Part shown: piece by piece, positions 13,475-26,489 of the stretch
Numbering within the stretch: the first letter of the stretch is position 1
Layout of the letters: each line of letters opens with the position of its first letter
Assembly: GCA_028534125.1 (NCBI GenBank)
Contig: CM052824.1
Location: 1,922,001 to 1,986,000, forward strand
From: Lama glama
Taxonomy: Eukaryota
Length of the DNA: 64,000 nt
Direction of reading: 5' to 3'
Program-made: the position numbers and the translations under genes
The notes under the pieces: generated by a model
The model's database searches: none
What the model saw: the letters and a program-made list of their open reading frames with translations, nothing else
What the model was told of the DNA's origin: nothing

Positions 13475-16249
13475 GCACTTAGTAATCCGCACACCAGTTG
13501 TTTTGCCCTGTGGTAGTGAAGCAGGTGTGATAAGCTGCTTGCACAATGACCGTGCTTTACCTGATTTCCCTACTGACCAACTATATTTTTAATTGTTCGC
13601 TTTGCTGGTTGTTCAGCATCATCTCTGTTCAGCATCACTGTTGCCCCATTTCCCCAGGTTCTGTTCAGTCGTGTCTCCTGCTGCTCTTCCTTCCCCTTTC
13701 GGGGGAGCATTTCTTGTCCTCCAGCCCTCGTGGGCCAGCCCCTGAGTCTCAGCAGTCCCCTTAGGTCAGCTGTTGGGGGGATGGAGGGCTAGAGTTTGCA
13801 GAAATTGAGCTTAAACTTAGGCACCGTAGGCATCCTGTGGGAATTAAGGGAAAAGTGGGAACGGGCGGAGCACGAAGGCTGACAGTCCTGGGAGTAAAGG
13901 AGAGGATTAGTGTTAGAACAGGGAGAGGAAAAGGGCGGTACAGCTCAGGGAATTATTTACTGGCTCGTGAGACTCTGGGACCTTGAAATGAGCATAGCAG
14001 GGTCACAACTTAATGTCTTTACCTGGACTTTGGTTTTCTCACCCGCAGAGTGAAGACAACAATCTCTGCTTCACAGTGTTGTTAGGGATTAGGACACGTA
14101 TGTGAAACGCCCCGCACAGTGACTGGCGTATGGTAAATGCCAACGAACGGCGCATTAAAAAAAAAAAAAAGAAAAGAAAATGCTGTGCTCTTGTCCTGCC
14201 AAACAGGGTATCTAAGCCCTTCCGAGGAAACTAAGATTCTGGCTAGAAAGAAAAATGAAGATTATATAGATTTATTATCTTTATAAGGGATAAATTTATG
14301 GAGCATACTCCCTTACGGCTGAAGTTTGGAATAAACTCTTCCAATCCATGGGCTCTTTCCCCTATTCCTGGCAAAATGATATTCTAAACATTTTCACTTA
14401 CTCACCAAATGACTCATTAGTAATGGCCTATTTAATTGATAGTCAGTAAAGTATTACATTCCAGCTTAATTTAATGGCTTGCAGTAGTCTTTTAGGGACT
14501 GTCATAATTCTCTTTTATTGCTTCTGCAGGTAAGTCAGCTTTAAAGTGAAAAGATAAAAAGATAGTTTTAGTCTCTCTGCTTTATTTAACCCTGGGCGTC
14601 AGACTCACTCGGAGGGCTTGTTGAAGCACAGGATGGCTGGATCGCAGCCCCAGAGATTCTGGGCGCTGCCCTTCAGAACCTCTGATTTAAGCCAAGGCTG
14701 ATTTCTCTGCCCTTTCAGCTGTGGTGGCAACGGGGCTGAAAGATCCCTGCTTGGCTTGATAGAACTTGTAGATTTTTTTAGTTTGTTGAACAGTAATTTA
14801 TAGCTACTTAATGTTAACATTTTTTTCTGCCCCCCCCAAAATTATGCAGAAGTGCAGGAAATAATGGGCTATTGATCATACTTTGGGGGCATGTACAAAA
14901 AAAAATTGGTGTCTGTATTACACACTGATTGAGAGCTTGGGTTTTGGGGTTGGGAAGACGAGTGAGGTCTAGCTCTGCCGCTTTCTGGCTTTGCGGCCCT
15001 CTAAACTCTGTTTTCTCATCTGTGAAATGGGGTAAAAAAATACCCATCTTCTCCCCAAGTTTAAAGAAGGTAATGCTCTTAAACTGCTTCATGTTTGTTA
15101 GCGTTTTTTCCCAAGGGGATGTAAAAATGCACTAATGCCTAAGCCTGTGAGTGCCACTGTCCGTAAGAACGTTTTGGGAAGCTTGAGCACAAGTGGATCC
15201 TTCCGTCCGAAGTCGAGGTCAGTTGGAACCTGCCAGTCCAGGTAGAAGGGGGTTTCCGAGGGAGTCTTTAACAGGTTACCATGCAGCCTTTTCTAGAAAA
15301 TTCAGACCGAAAATTTTGTTCTCTACAATTAAAAAAAAAAACCCATTTGACTACCTGCCAATAGATTGTGTATGCCATATAAGTTAATTAATAATTTGGG
15401 GTTTACCATTAGTTACCGCATTATTATTTATGCATTAGTTACTACATGAGCAACTTTGCCTTGTTTAGAGCATCTTAGGATGGAAGAGCTTGAAGGACGT
15501 TAGAGATCATCTGGTTTAATCCTTTCATTTTACAGATGAGAAATCTGTGGGCTTGTGAGTTTATGTGAGTAATTTGCTTGAGGGTCCATAACCGCAAATG
15601 TAATTTCTACTGGACTTGCTGTCTACAGGCTCTCAGAAAGAATGGCTTATGAGGAACCGTTCTCAAACCACAATTACTTTAGTCTCTTGCAACATGTAAT
15701 TGGTTTATATCCAAACACTCTACTAGGAGGTAAATCATTTAGTTTCTGGGGGTTACATTATGAAACAAATTTCTCCTGAGGAATTTATTAGGAAGTTCCA
15801 TGGAATAAAGTTAGCCATTTTATGAGTGCATAATTGAAATTGTTTCATGACCTCAACATGCGATTGGTAGCAAATGCTTCGAAAACTTTCAGGGCAAAAT
15901 GATCATGGCTGTATTCTGTGATACAGAACATCGGAGCTTCAGTGTCTCATTTTTCTAGGTAAAAGCTTACCCTGGACTGTTTTCTGAGAAAAATATTGAC
16001 TCCTTCTCCAAGTGCTCCTTTTTAAAAAGGTAGAGTGATTCACTGTACAGATTTCAGTTGACTAATTTTTGATGAAAACAATTTCAGCTCATTTTCTATG
16101 TGAAAAAATAAGAATTTGTGCTCCATATTCTCATCAGAGAACTTCAGATCTTTAGCTGTCAGACACTTATGAAAATCTTGGCAATGAGAAATATGTATAA
16201 TTGAACTTAGCATGTAGTCCATTTGTCACTTTACAAATTCTGAGAGTGA

Positions 16250-16670
16250 TAATAATAAAAATAGAAGTTATTAAGTATATACCATGTGCCAGTTACTGAG
16301 TCGAGTTCTTTCATGTCTTGTTTCATTTAATCACAACCAGTGGTCCCCCAGGTTCAACCTGCATCCAGTCACCTGAAGGCCGGTTAAAACACAAGTTGTT
16401 TCTGTTTCAGTAGGGGCCTGAGAATCTACATTTCTAACAAATCACGTGCATTTCCTAGGTGATGCGGATGCTGCTGTGTGAGGATCGTGTTTTTAGAAAC
16501 ACTGCCTGCCACAAATCTAGAAGGTAAGCATTTCAGTCTGTATTTTTTACAAATGAAGAAACAGGAATTGAGGTTACATAGCTTGCTCAACACACAGCAA
16601 ATAATTGGCAGAGATGGGATTTGAAAATTTGCCTCTTTGATTCCAAAGTTTATAGTCTAAATTTCTGTGC
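16250..16670. mobile_element. MIR (minus) interrupted by MER5A (16338-16504)
   Basis: MER5A termini cagtgg...aaacactg and internal 'ggggcctgagaatctacatttctaacaa...ggtgatgcggatgctgct'. MIR sequence lies on both sides. Confidence 0.75.
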
Positions 16671-19600
16671 TGGGGGTTTTGCAATAAGACTTTCTGTCTG
16701 GGCAGCATCATAATAGTAACATTTTAGGGCCCAGTGATGGGATAGGACTCGATTGCTCCCAACACTGAGGTTCAAATATATTAAAAAACATGGATGTTGT
16801 GAGGTGGTTCTAATCAAAGCCAGCCTGTTGGGTAGAATAATATGGCCCCTTAGAGGGAATTTCTCGTGAAGGTAGAAATAGACTAGATGGGTGAGCAGCA
16901 GAGGGACAAAGGGGCATCGTGCTTCCGGGTCGGCAAGGTTTCCAGCAGTGGGATTGGCCTTCCCCAGCCCCTTGCTGGTTCGGGGTTAGTAAGAAGCACA
17001 GGGGTCGGTAAGATCCTTGTCACCATGAGACTGCATAGGTGAGGAAAAGAGCTCAATTATGTAACCGGCGTAAGACTTGAAGTCATGATGAGCCACTTTA
17101 TTGCCTACCATGAAAACTAAATGAATGAAAGCAGCACCTCATGCTCACTTCTGTGGAATGCTACCCCCGAGGCCAATAATGACCTTCCAGTTTTACCAAC
17201 TTACAGTCTGCTAAAGGCCAGCTTCAATGGCAGTGGGCACAGGAAGTTTCTGAGACAGTTGGGATGGGAGTGTGAGATGGGGTGGAGGGCCAGAGCTGTC
17301 CTGGAACGAGGCAGGCGGGTGGCCCGAGTGCCCTCTCAGGGCACCAGCAGGCCGAAGGGAGAAGAGGACTGACTTAGGGACACTAATGTCCCCAGAGCCA
17401 TTGTATTTCAGGGTGTGAAAGGGAGTCATTTTGTGCTCACTTGACTCCCAGGTTGATGAAAACTGCCATTCGGCAGTCATGTAACCTTTGATCCTTGAAC
17501 CAGGGCAAGAGCTCTGGCCCCTGAAGCTAACCCTGCTTTGGTGCCTGGCGCTGTCTTCGGTGCCCTCTTTGTGAGTGGCCTTCTTCTGAGCAGCCAGGAT
17601 GAGTCCACATGTGAACGGTCAGTGTCAGGTCTGACCACGCTTCCTTCTTTGCTTTGGCTGCTAGAGTCTGCGTCAGACATAGCAATTGAGAGAGATCTTC
17701 CATCATGCATTTTTGGACTATTTTTATCATTTTTTCCTTTGTACATTTATGTACTTTTCTCCTGCTATGCATTTTCCGAACCCGTTAACCTTTTTGAAAG
17801 AAGGGAGAGGGAGTATGTACAGAAATGGTTAAAAAAAAAAAAAAGAGTAGAAAAGAGGTAGAGGAGAGAATGGAAGGAAAGTTAGCCCATTTTACAGAGG
17901 ACATTTACACAGAAAAGCTTAAGATGTAAATAACCCACTTCTGACTTGAGTTGAGGTGACTGATCCTAAATTTAACTTGAAGTATAGATGTTAGTAGCAA
18001 AAATCTCCATTCCCTAATTAACTGCTGTTTCTCAAAATACAAATCAGTGATGAGCACTGTGTAAACTGAACCAAACTGAGTCAATGGGAAAGCAATGATT
18101 GCTAAGATTCTGGGGTTTACTCTCAAAGAAAAGGAGATATGAATTTCCTATGATATTACTGTCCAAAAGGGGCAACATTTCTTAGTGCAAACACATGTTA
18201 GAGTGCCAAGCCTGAACCATTGATAGATTGTTTGCAGAAATTAGAATGCTGTTAGCAGCTATGGGGTTTGCTGAAACTCAGCTTTAGGCATCCTAGGAGT
18301 TAGGGGACACTAAATCCCTGTCCTTCAGTTCAGCTAGGTTAGCAAGTAACTGCAATTCAAGGCGATACATGCGGCAGCTGAGTTGCATGTATATAGGTGA
18401 ATGATCAATTCTGGCCGAGGGAGCCCAGGATACCTTCGTAGAGGAGGGAAACTCTGAACTTACTTTTAAAAAGTGAGGGTCTTCGGGTAGAGTTGAATAG
18501 AGGAAACTACATACATAAGGCAAGCAGGCATCCAGGTATACGGTTGCTGGGACTAGGTCCTACCGTTCGTTTAAGACAACTGCACTGGAACGCAGGACAG
18601 GCAGAAACATGTACCCATGGCTCCCAGAAGTCGCTGATAATAGTAGCCCATCCTCTTTCACCTCGTAATTAATCATTTGTGTTCTTCCCACAAATTGGAG
18701 CTTCCTCTATAGCCTTCCTTCCTTGTACCCCCTCTTAAGTTCTCTTACTACTCACTTTTTTTTTTTTGGCTGAGTTCTGTGTTATAATCTACAAACTAGA
18801 TGCTAATTTAAATGTATCAGGGGTCATCCAAGTGAAATGGGATGGTCTCTGGGGCTTTGTCTGCCAAGATTACTGGAGATGTTAACTCTGGGACATCTAT
18901 CTTTTGGAAATACCGCTGAGCAACTTTTAGAATTCAGATACTTCTCTAAAAATACTTCCCTCATGCACGAATCAATTCTATATTCTCACCCTGGGGGGGC
19001 CACCAGGGCTTAGAAAATCACCGTCACCTTTACTGGGCTGCACCTCCGTGTCAGGCTCTCACAGGTGGAAGACAAGCTGTCCCAAGCACAAAAGCAGCTG
19101 TAGGCCAAGGCGGAGTTTCGACTAGAAGGCGAAGTTCGGCGTGGCTGACAGGCAGGCCCAGTTGGCCGTGGTAGCACAGTACGACTCCCACTTCGGCACA
19201 CTGCTGAAATGCTCCCCTGGCCACCCTGCCTAGTTTTATCTGGTTAGGTTCCTTGAATACCCAAGTGTGGGAAAATGAGGCAGATCCTTTAAAAACTAGA
19301 TTTTCTAGGTACAGTAGGACGTACCAGGTCACGTCCACTTACTGCGACAGCTTTCAAGGCAGGTTTATCTGGCAGCGGCAGCGGTGTTTGCTGAGGCTGT
19401 AACAGCGACCGCTCCAGCACACTCGGCTGGACGTCCTAGTGAGTCACCAACTACTGAGCACTTTGCCCGTCATTTGGCTGATTTTTCAACCCTACAGTTT
19501 GTACTATTCTCATCCTAGAGATGAACAAACAGGCTCAAAAAGGCTGACCGACAAAACGCTAGAAACCAAGTGGGAGGGCCAATGTTCTACCTCCCAGATT

Positions 19601-19959
19601 CCGCTTTCCCCATCACGTTCACGCCCCCTGAAGCTGACAGTAAGCCCGCGTCAAAGTCATCATGAGGTTCCAGTCTACTTGGGGTGGCTCTCCTACCATG
19701 TCAGCGAAAGTGAACAGGTGTTGGTGCTTCGAGGAGACGAATGAAGGCCGGGGGAAAGCTAGCGCTGCAAACGCTCGGAATTATCACACGACACGCAGCG
19801 CAGAGGGTAGGACAGTAAATGATGTCATGTCGGGGTAACTTAAGACCGATCTTGGTTTTAATTTTGCTGGGTCTTTTATCTTCCTTGTCCTTTATTTCTA
19901 AACTGAAGGTTCTAACAACATTCAGTTGGGAGCCCTCCAAGAAATAGTATTCTTTCTTA

Positions 19960-20470
19960 TACCGTCGATAAAAGTGTAAACTGGTACGTTTTCTAAGGGG
20001 TAAAGCGGCAGGAACAATAGCTTTTTGTGAACTGGCATACTCGCCACCAGCAATTCTACTTCCAAGTATTCATCCTAAGGAAATATTTAGACCACAGATG
20101 CAACAACACATTGTTCTTTAAAGCAGTTTATTAGTGAAAAATTGGAAACAACCTAGAAACAGTAGTTTAATAAAATGTGGCACATACGACAAGACGCCAT
20201 GCAGCCATTAAAAGAGATACAGAAATATGTTTGACATGGCAGGATAGTCATGGTACTGTCACGTGAAAAAGGTTACAAAACAGTATGTACAACTTGACCC
20301 CATTTTAAAAAAACCTATAAATGCACAAAGAATCTGAAAGTCTATACACTTAAGTAACAGCAGTTCTCCCTGGATGGTGGAATTACAGGTGATTTTTATC
20401 TTTTAAACTGTATTTTATTTTTTTTACCCTTTTTATCAACATATCTATGCCTTGTATTATTAAAAAAGAA
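19960..20470 (+). mobile_element. Old L1 (L1ME-like) 3' fragment
   Basis: 'cagcaattctacttccaagtattcatcctaaggaaat...ggaaacaacctagaa...gccattaaaa...ttacaaaacagtatgtac'. Confidence 0.7.
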
Positions 20471-20887
20471 AACATTAGCAATGCTTAAAAAGTCTCCTCT
20501 GAAGTAGGGAGAGTGGAGCTTAGCAACCTGAGGCACAAGGATGTACATGTTAGTCTGGCACAGCTTAAATGGCTTGTCAGGGGGCTCTGATGTCAAATCG
20601 TCCCTGTGCCGAGTGAAAGCGTGGCTGGTGGTGGTGCTTACCCTTCTGCAGACTAAGGGATTCATCCCTAGAAACCTCCACAGCAACCAGGTGCTGGCAT
20701 TCCAAGCAGTGTTTTCCTCACTTACACGAAGCGTGCCTTGTACCTTCACGTCCACGTGTAACACAGGCCCAGCAAGGCTGCTGTACACCTGCGAGCAGTG
20801 TTGCTGGTGACGGCAGAGGCAGGGAGCATTTCCCAAGTGATGTCAAATAGCAGGCCTGAAGGTAAGTTACATTTTCTTTGTTCTACT

Positions 20888-21390
20888 GAAGTGAGTCTCA
20901 AACTTGAGACTAACCATCACCTCAATGGCTTGTAAAGACAGAATGCTGGGTCTTATCCCCAGAGTTTGAGTCAGCAGATCTTGGATAAGGCTTAAGAATT
21001 GCATTTTTCTCTCTGACAAATCTTTATTGAGGACATACTATGTATTAGGTCTTGTACTAAGAGTTTGGAATTTAACTGTGATCACAAGAATTAGAGCCTC
21101 AATCTCAGGGAATGTACATTCTAGAGTGACCAATATATACTAAAAAAGTTATTGAAAGTAATTATATGATCAGTGCTAGAACACAGTAAAGATCAGAATT
21201 CAGTTTTTATGCTGAAATATTCTTAAAAATGTTACACAGAAGACCTAAGACTAGTTCTATAGCCCTTTGAAAGGATAGTAAGTACATGAAAAGGTACATA
21301 GTACTTGGAAATACAAATCAGCATTTTTAACAGGCTCCTAAGTGATGCTGACATTGCCCTGTCTTGGGGGTCTCACACTGAGAACACTTC
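20888..21390. mobile_element. MER5A split by a 312-bp insert (21009-21320)
   Basis: The left half ends 'aagaattgcattttt' and the right half resumes 'gcatttttaacaggctcctaagtgatgctga...cactgagaacact'. Confidence 0.7.
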
Positions 21391-23329
21391 CCTGCTGAGC
21401 AGGCTTCCCCATTAGGAGGATGCGGGAGAAGTGACAGTGTGCGTAGAACTTCCCCTCCCCCAGCTGAGTCTCACCGAGAGGTCAGAGCCACTTTATCACC
21501 TGGAGGAAGGGCGGAGGCAAAGCTGGCTGTAGGTCAGACTGCAAAGTCATCTATCACTGTGGCTCCTCGCCCAGACTCGAGATGCCACGTGCCAGGGCAA
21601 TGTGTTTCAGACTTCCAGGTGTTTGAGGACTAGGCAAGGTATTTTGGAGGAATCCTGTCAGCACAGCAATGGAGACAAGCTGGGCCCCTCTGTCTCTGGG
21701 CAGACAGAGCCGCGGCCTCTTGCCCTGTGCGCCTTCACTGTCTCCAGTGTTTCAGAAATGTCCTCCCATCACCAGGTCCTCACTCACATCCTGTTCCTGT
21801 TTCAGCGGAGGACGACAGCAGACTACGAAGACGCACTCCAACCCACTGCGACCCTGGCCTCACATTTCTTATTTCTCATGTTACCAGAGTGAGGCACATC
21901 CCCACTTCTGGGACCCAATCTCCTACAGTATGTATCCTTCTGATTAGCACCATAAAAGACAACTTAACGCAATGACCTCTTAGGTTAATTACTTTGAGGA
22001 CAGATGTAGAGACAATCCAATCACTTTTTTCTGTTTGTAAAAGGTCTACAATCATCTCCAGGTCTACTATTTCGTTCCTATGTGCATCCTTCAAGTTACT
22101 ATACCTTTAGATTAAGCTCAGGGGCACAGAGTTTATGTAAATAATTCTGAATTGCACCATGAATTAATAGGCTTCCCAAGCTTTTCTTCCATGCCTAAGA
22201 ACCTATGGGCCTTTACCTGAGTAGAAATTAAGCCTATGACTTTATAAAATAAGTCCAAAATCAAAATAAAATAAACCCCAACCCCCCCAACAAACAAAAC
22301 CTCATTAAAATAAAAAGCAATAAACATAAGAACGAGCCCACATGTTGTGGTGGATTTGTGGCAGACAAAGGCAGAAAAACCTTTGAACCCTAGCATTCTC
22401 GAAGACTACTGTACATCACTGGGTAACCATAATCAACATTCATTTGATAGAAAGCAGAAGGTTCTGATAAAAATATACACTGACTGGTGAGGTTAAACCT
22501 AGATCTGGGTCTGATTTTAAAGAGGGTGAAAGATAGGACTGGTAAGTAGAACAGAGCATGGATATAAAAGAGGTATCTCTGGTACACAGTCTTACACAAG
22601 GCCTGCAGTCTGGATAGGTGTTAACCAGGGAAACACACTTACAGGATGCTTCTACTCTGTGACAAGCCTTTCCCTAAAAATTACCTAACATACAAGATAA
22701 CATCTGCTATAAAAGCCTCACAGTAACCTTAAGGTGGCATAATTATTAATCCCATTTTACTAATAAGATAATGGCAGTTTATATGACGTCTTGAGTTGAA
22801 GCTCAAAGGGCACAGTACGTGAGGAAGAGTGGATTTGAACCCAGGACAATTTCACTCCAACACCCACACTCTTTCCCTTTTGCTAAGCCTACTTTCTAGC
22901 TGCTGTTAAAGTTGACCTGAATGTTTTGTACGATCTTTTAAAACCTAAGTCTGGACTTACACAACTTAATAAATGGTCCCCTAAGCTGGCTAGAGCTTCC
23001 TTTTTGGGGAAAAAAGCTTCACTCAAGTGGTTCTCTAAGTAACTAAGCAGCCTGAGCAGCTCTGAGGGCTAACAGTATGGAAATTCATAGCGTGAGTCAA
23101 AGCACCTCGTACAGCTATTAAATTGCAGAGGCGTTTGTCTCATAGCACAGAAGTAAAAGGGTAACAATTACTGTAAAAATGTAGATTGTAAATTATCAAC
23201 CTGTTTACCAAGCTCTTACTAGGAACTCTTAAACACCATTTTAAAACATCCTTTTGTGTTAAGGATTCATTTTTTTAAAGTGCCAAAAAATACCATTTTG
23301 ACACATTAACACTCCCTGAAGAAACGCAC

Positions 23330-23695
23330 TACACCTTTACGCTTCCTGTACAAGCCAGACTGAGCCGCTTTAGTCGTCAGAGTGCGCTCCGCTCTTAGCT
23401 CCAGGCCCAGCACATCTTCTTCCTCTGTCTGGAAGGAACACTTCCTTTCCAAAGCATCTCCCACTCTTCAAAACTGAATTACGTGACTCTCAAAGCTCCC
23501 AAACACAGTATCCTATATTTCTTCTATCATGACACTAATTCTGTTCAATGACCATCACTTACCCATTTTTCTGTATCCTCCACTAGTCCCTAAGGTCTGC
23601 AAGGGAAAGGAGTGTGTGCATCTTGTTCAGGGGAGTATCACCAGTTGATCAGCATAGTGCCTGGCCCTCAACCAGTGTTTGATGAATGAATGGAA
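23330..23695 (+). mobile_element. L2 3' end
   Basis: Ends 'cagcatagtgcctggc...gtttgatgaatgaatg'. Confidence 0.65.
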
Positions 23696-23856
23696 ATGAG
23701 AGCTGAAATCCTGACACAGAAACAATCTGCTGATGGCAATGGTCCAAACAGCAATTCTCTGATTCCAAGTATGTCACTAATTATTACATCAGTGTGTGTT
23801 TCATAACTACAGAGCCTGTTCAAGATAACCTAAATTCATTGACAAATTCTCAGAAT

Positions 23857-24789
23857 TTTATTAGTAGGCTCAGAGTAACCAAAAGTGTATTATTTTCTTT
23901 GCAGTTTACTCTATAATGAACACAGTTGCACTAATCCATATTTCTATTATTTTTACAAGGATTTGTTGTTCAATAAGAACAAATTCTCTTTACCCTACTG
24001 CAGTATCTTCTTAACAGATCCAATTCTGATTATGCATTAAACTGTGCTAACTGAACAATCTTAAAAAACTTGACTGTTTTAGCGGACTCAACTTGTCCCA
24101 GATAGTTCAGAATCTTAACTGCAAATATACTAGAGAAATATGGTAATACTTGTTGAGGGCTGTTCTTAAATTTAAAAGAAACCAGCAGTGTTTAATGAAA
24201 CAACCCCCTGCCCCTCCAACACACACCAAAACAACCCACTGAAATACAGTATTGAAATCATTCAATGTCTTTTGGAAAACAAGGTAAACATTTAACTGCA
24301 TTTCTGTTTACGGAAACATTTTGAAACATTATATTCTTCACAAAAGAGGTTTGTATCCTCGAGTTCTTTTTAAACCAACAGTTAAAAACAAACTTCAACT
24401 TTATTCTTTGGCTATTAATTATACCTAATAAATGAGTCACTGGTAATCAATTCACAATAAATTTATTTTACATAAAAGAAAAAGCTTGCCATTAATGAAA
24501 ACTCCAGTAGAAAGCAGTTCTCCTGTTTTAAGTCGGGGCTCAAAAGAAGAAGCTGCTTTTAGTGAAACCTCAGTAGAAAGAGAACTTCGTAAGAAAACAT
24601 TCTTGGCATAAAAGCTCTAACGTAAAGTCTGTAATGACGTGTTTACCATGCAATTTTATTGGCAGAAAGGCCAGTTTCTGATGGCTGGTATTTTCTTTTC
24701 AGTCTCTTAAGACATGGAAGATACTTAAACCTGTTTTATTAAGAGTTAATTGTACATAAATACGGTGTGTCTTTTCATAGTCCACCTAT
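23857..24789 (-). other. SH3GLB1: Proximal SH3GLB1 3' UTR with several AATAAA signals (true 3' end not determinable)
   Basis: AT-rich, repeat-poor sequence after the stop codon. Minus-strand AATAAA at 24735-24740, 24655-24660, 24462-24467, 24400-24405 and 23857-23862. Confidence 0.6.
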
Positions 24790-24897
24790 TTAATTGAGCA
24801 ATTCTAAGTAGGTAATTGGCACCCTGCCCTTCTGGTTCCCCCTTTCCCCCATTAGCCAGTCGGAATCCATTCCAACGACACTGAAAACAGTGATCAC
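24790..24897 (-). CDS. SH3GLB1: SH3GLB1 last coding exon, VITVFSVVGMDSDWLMGERGNQKGRVPITYLELLN*
   Basis: 108 nt including TAA (24790-24792). Acceptor ttgtag|GTG. Contains the SH3 W and GxxPxxY motifs. Confidence 0.97.
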   Translation of the reverse strand: MITVFSVVGMDSDWLMGERGNQKGRVPITYLELLN

Positions 24898-25274
24898 CTA
24901 CAAAGTAAAATACTTCCAGTTATTAACTACATTAAGAAATAAGTATACAGAAAACTAATCAGATTTAACTGGTTTGAATTATAAATTATTCACTATCAAA
25001 GAATTTAAACATTATTATCAATTTGATGAAAGAAAGGATTTAATTAGAGATAGTTTTAGAAATCTTAGTTATTGAGCAGTTAAAAGCTCTCAATATTTCT
25101 GTGATGTCCTATTTTGCTAAAGATAAAAATTTATAAAATGTTAATATAACCATCTGCAATCTATAAAAACATTCATAATAAATTATTTCCAAATAATTAG
25201 GAATTTGCATTTTGTCATACTGGAAGGTAAGTTAATCTATGATAAAATTTTCTTTTTTTACCCACATTACTTAC

Positions 25275-25500
25275 CTCATCTGCCAGAAGTGATAATTCAC
25301 TACTGTTTGCAGCATCATAATCATACAGAACCCTGGCCTTCCTGCTGCCACTGCACTCCTTAAGGTCAATGAGGTTGGAAGGAGAGGTGACTAGGCCACT
25401 GGCTGAAGTTAAGGCAGAAGAACCGATCACATTTGATGAAGCAGACGGTGCAGGTGCCACAGAAGTCTGGTTGTTGTTACAATGATAATTAGATGGAAAA
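25275..25500 (-). CDS. SH3GLB1: SH3GLB1 exon 10, linker plus start of SH3 (FPSNYHCNNNQTSVAP...RKARVLYDYDAANSSELSLLADE)
   Basis: 226 nt, phase-compatible with exon 9. Acceptor cag|T, donor GAG|gtaagt. Contains the SH3 motif ARVLYDY. Confidence 0.96.
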
Positions 25501-26489
25501 CTGTTGAAAAGAAAGTGGTCAATTATCTATTTCCAAGTGATTAAAGTTCCTGAATACCACCACTTGGTGGCAGTGTAAACCTTCTACCAACCTCCACTTC
25601 GGATACAGATTTACAGATGTTACTATTTTAATGACAAAGTGTGCTGTCTAGTTTATCCCTCTTTGGCCAATTACACTAGAGAAAATGCAAGTGGTTTTCA
25701 AATATAAAATCCTTGAAAATTTGTTTCAAAGCTGTCTTTACAAGTATAAACTTAAAAAAAATTTTTTTTTAAAACACAATGGCTATTTTTTTCCAGAAAA
25801 AAATGAGTTTATCCTTATAACACTTCCAAAAAAGTTTTATTAATATGTTTTATTTTCCCTTTCTTTACAAATTGTTATATAAAAATACCAATAAAAAAAC
25901 TTACTTAAATGTTAGATACTATCACAAGAGTAAAGTTTTCTCAAGTTAATTCTTTGAGAAATATTTAATAGCCAAACTCTTTCTCATAAAACTGATCCAA
26001 TCACATTTTCCTGTTCATTCAAATGACAAGTATTTATTGAGCATCACTACCACAAGCTGAAGACATAAAGATGAAACAATACCATTCCTCTATGGACATA
26101 CAGACAAGTGAGAAGATGGACATTCAAATAATATGTTATGACTGATAGTTAACATAATGAAGACTCAATGGGAGAACAGGGCAAAGTCACAAGCTCATTC
26201 TGTCTTCTATTTTTTAGGGGAAAAATAAAAGCTTATTAGAGATTAGTGAAATTCCTATGACCAAGGTGCTTATGTATAAAGATAATTAGAATTTTCAGTT
26301 TCTTATAAGGTGAGCGTTTCTCTAATGCTAAATAGAAAACAGCATAAAATGGCTGGCCTATAATCATTCTAATCCAACCATTCCTAAGGTTGAGTATTTC
26401 CTATGAAAATTCATATTTAAATTTGAATACACCCATGAGGTAAAATGCCTGGTAGGATGGGTGAAATTCATACCCCTTGGTAAAATAGT

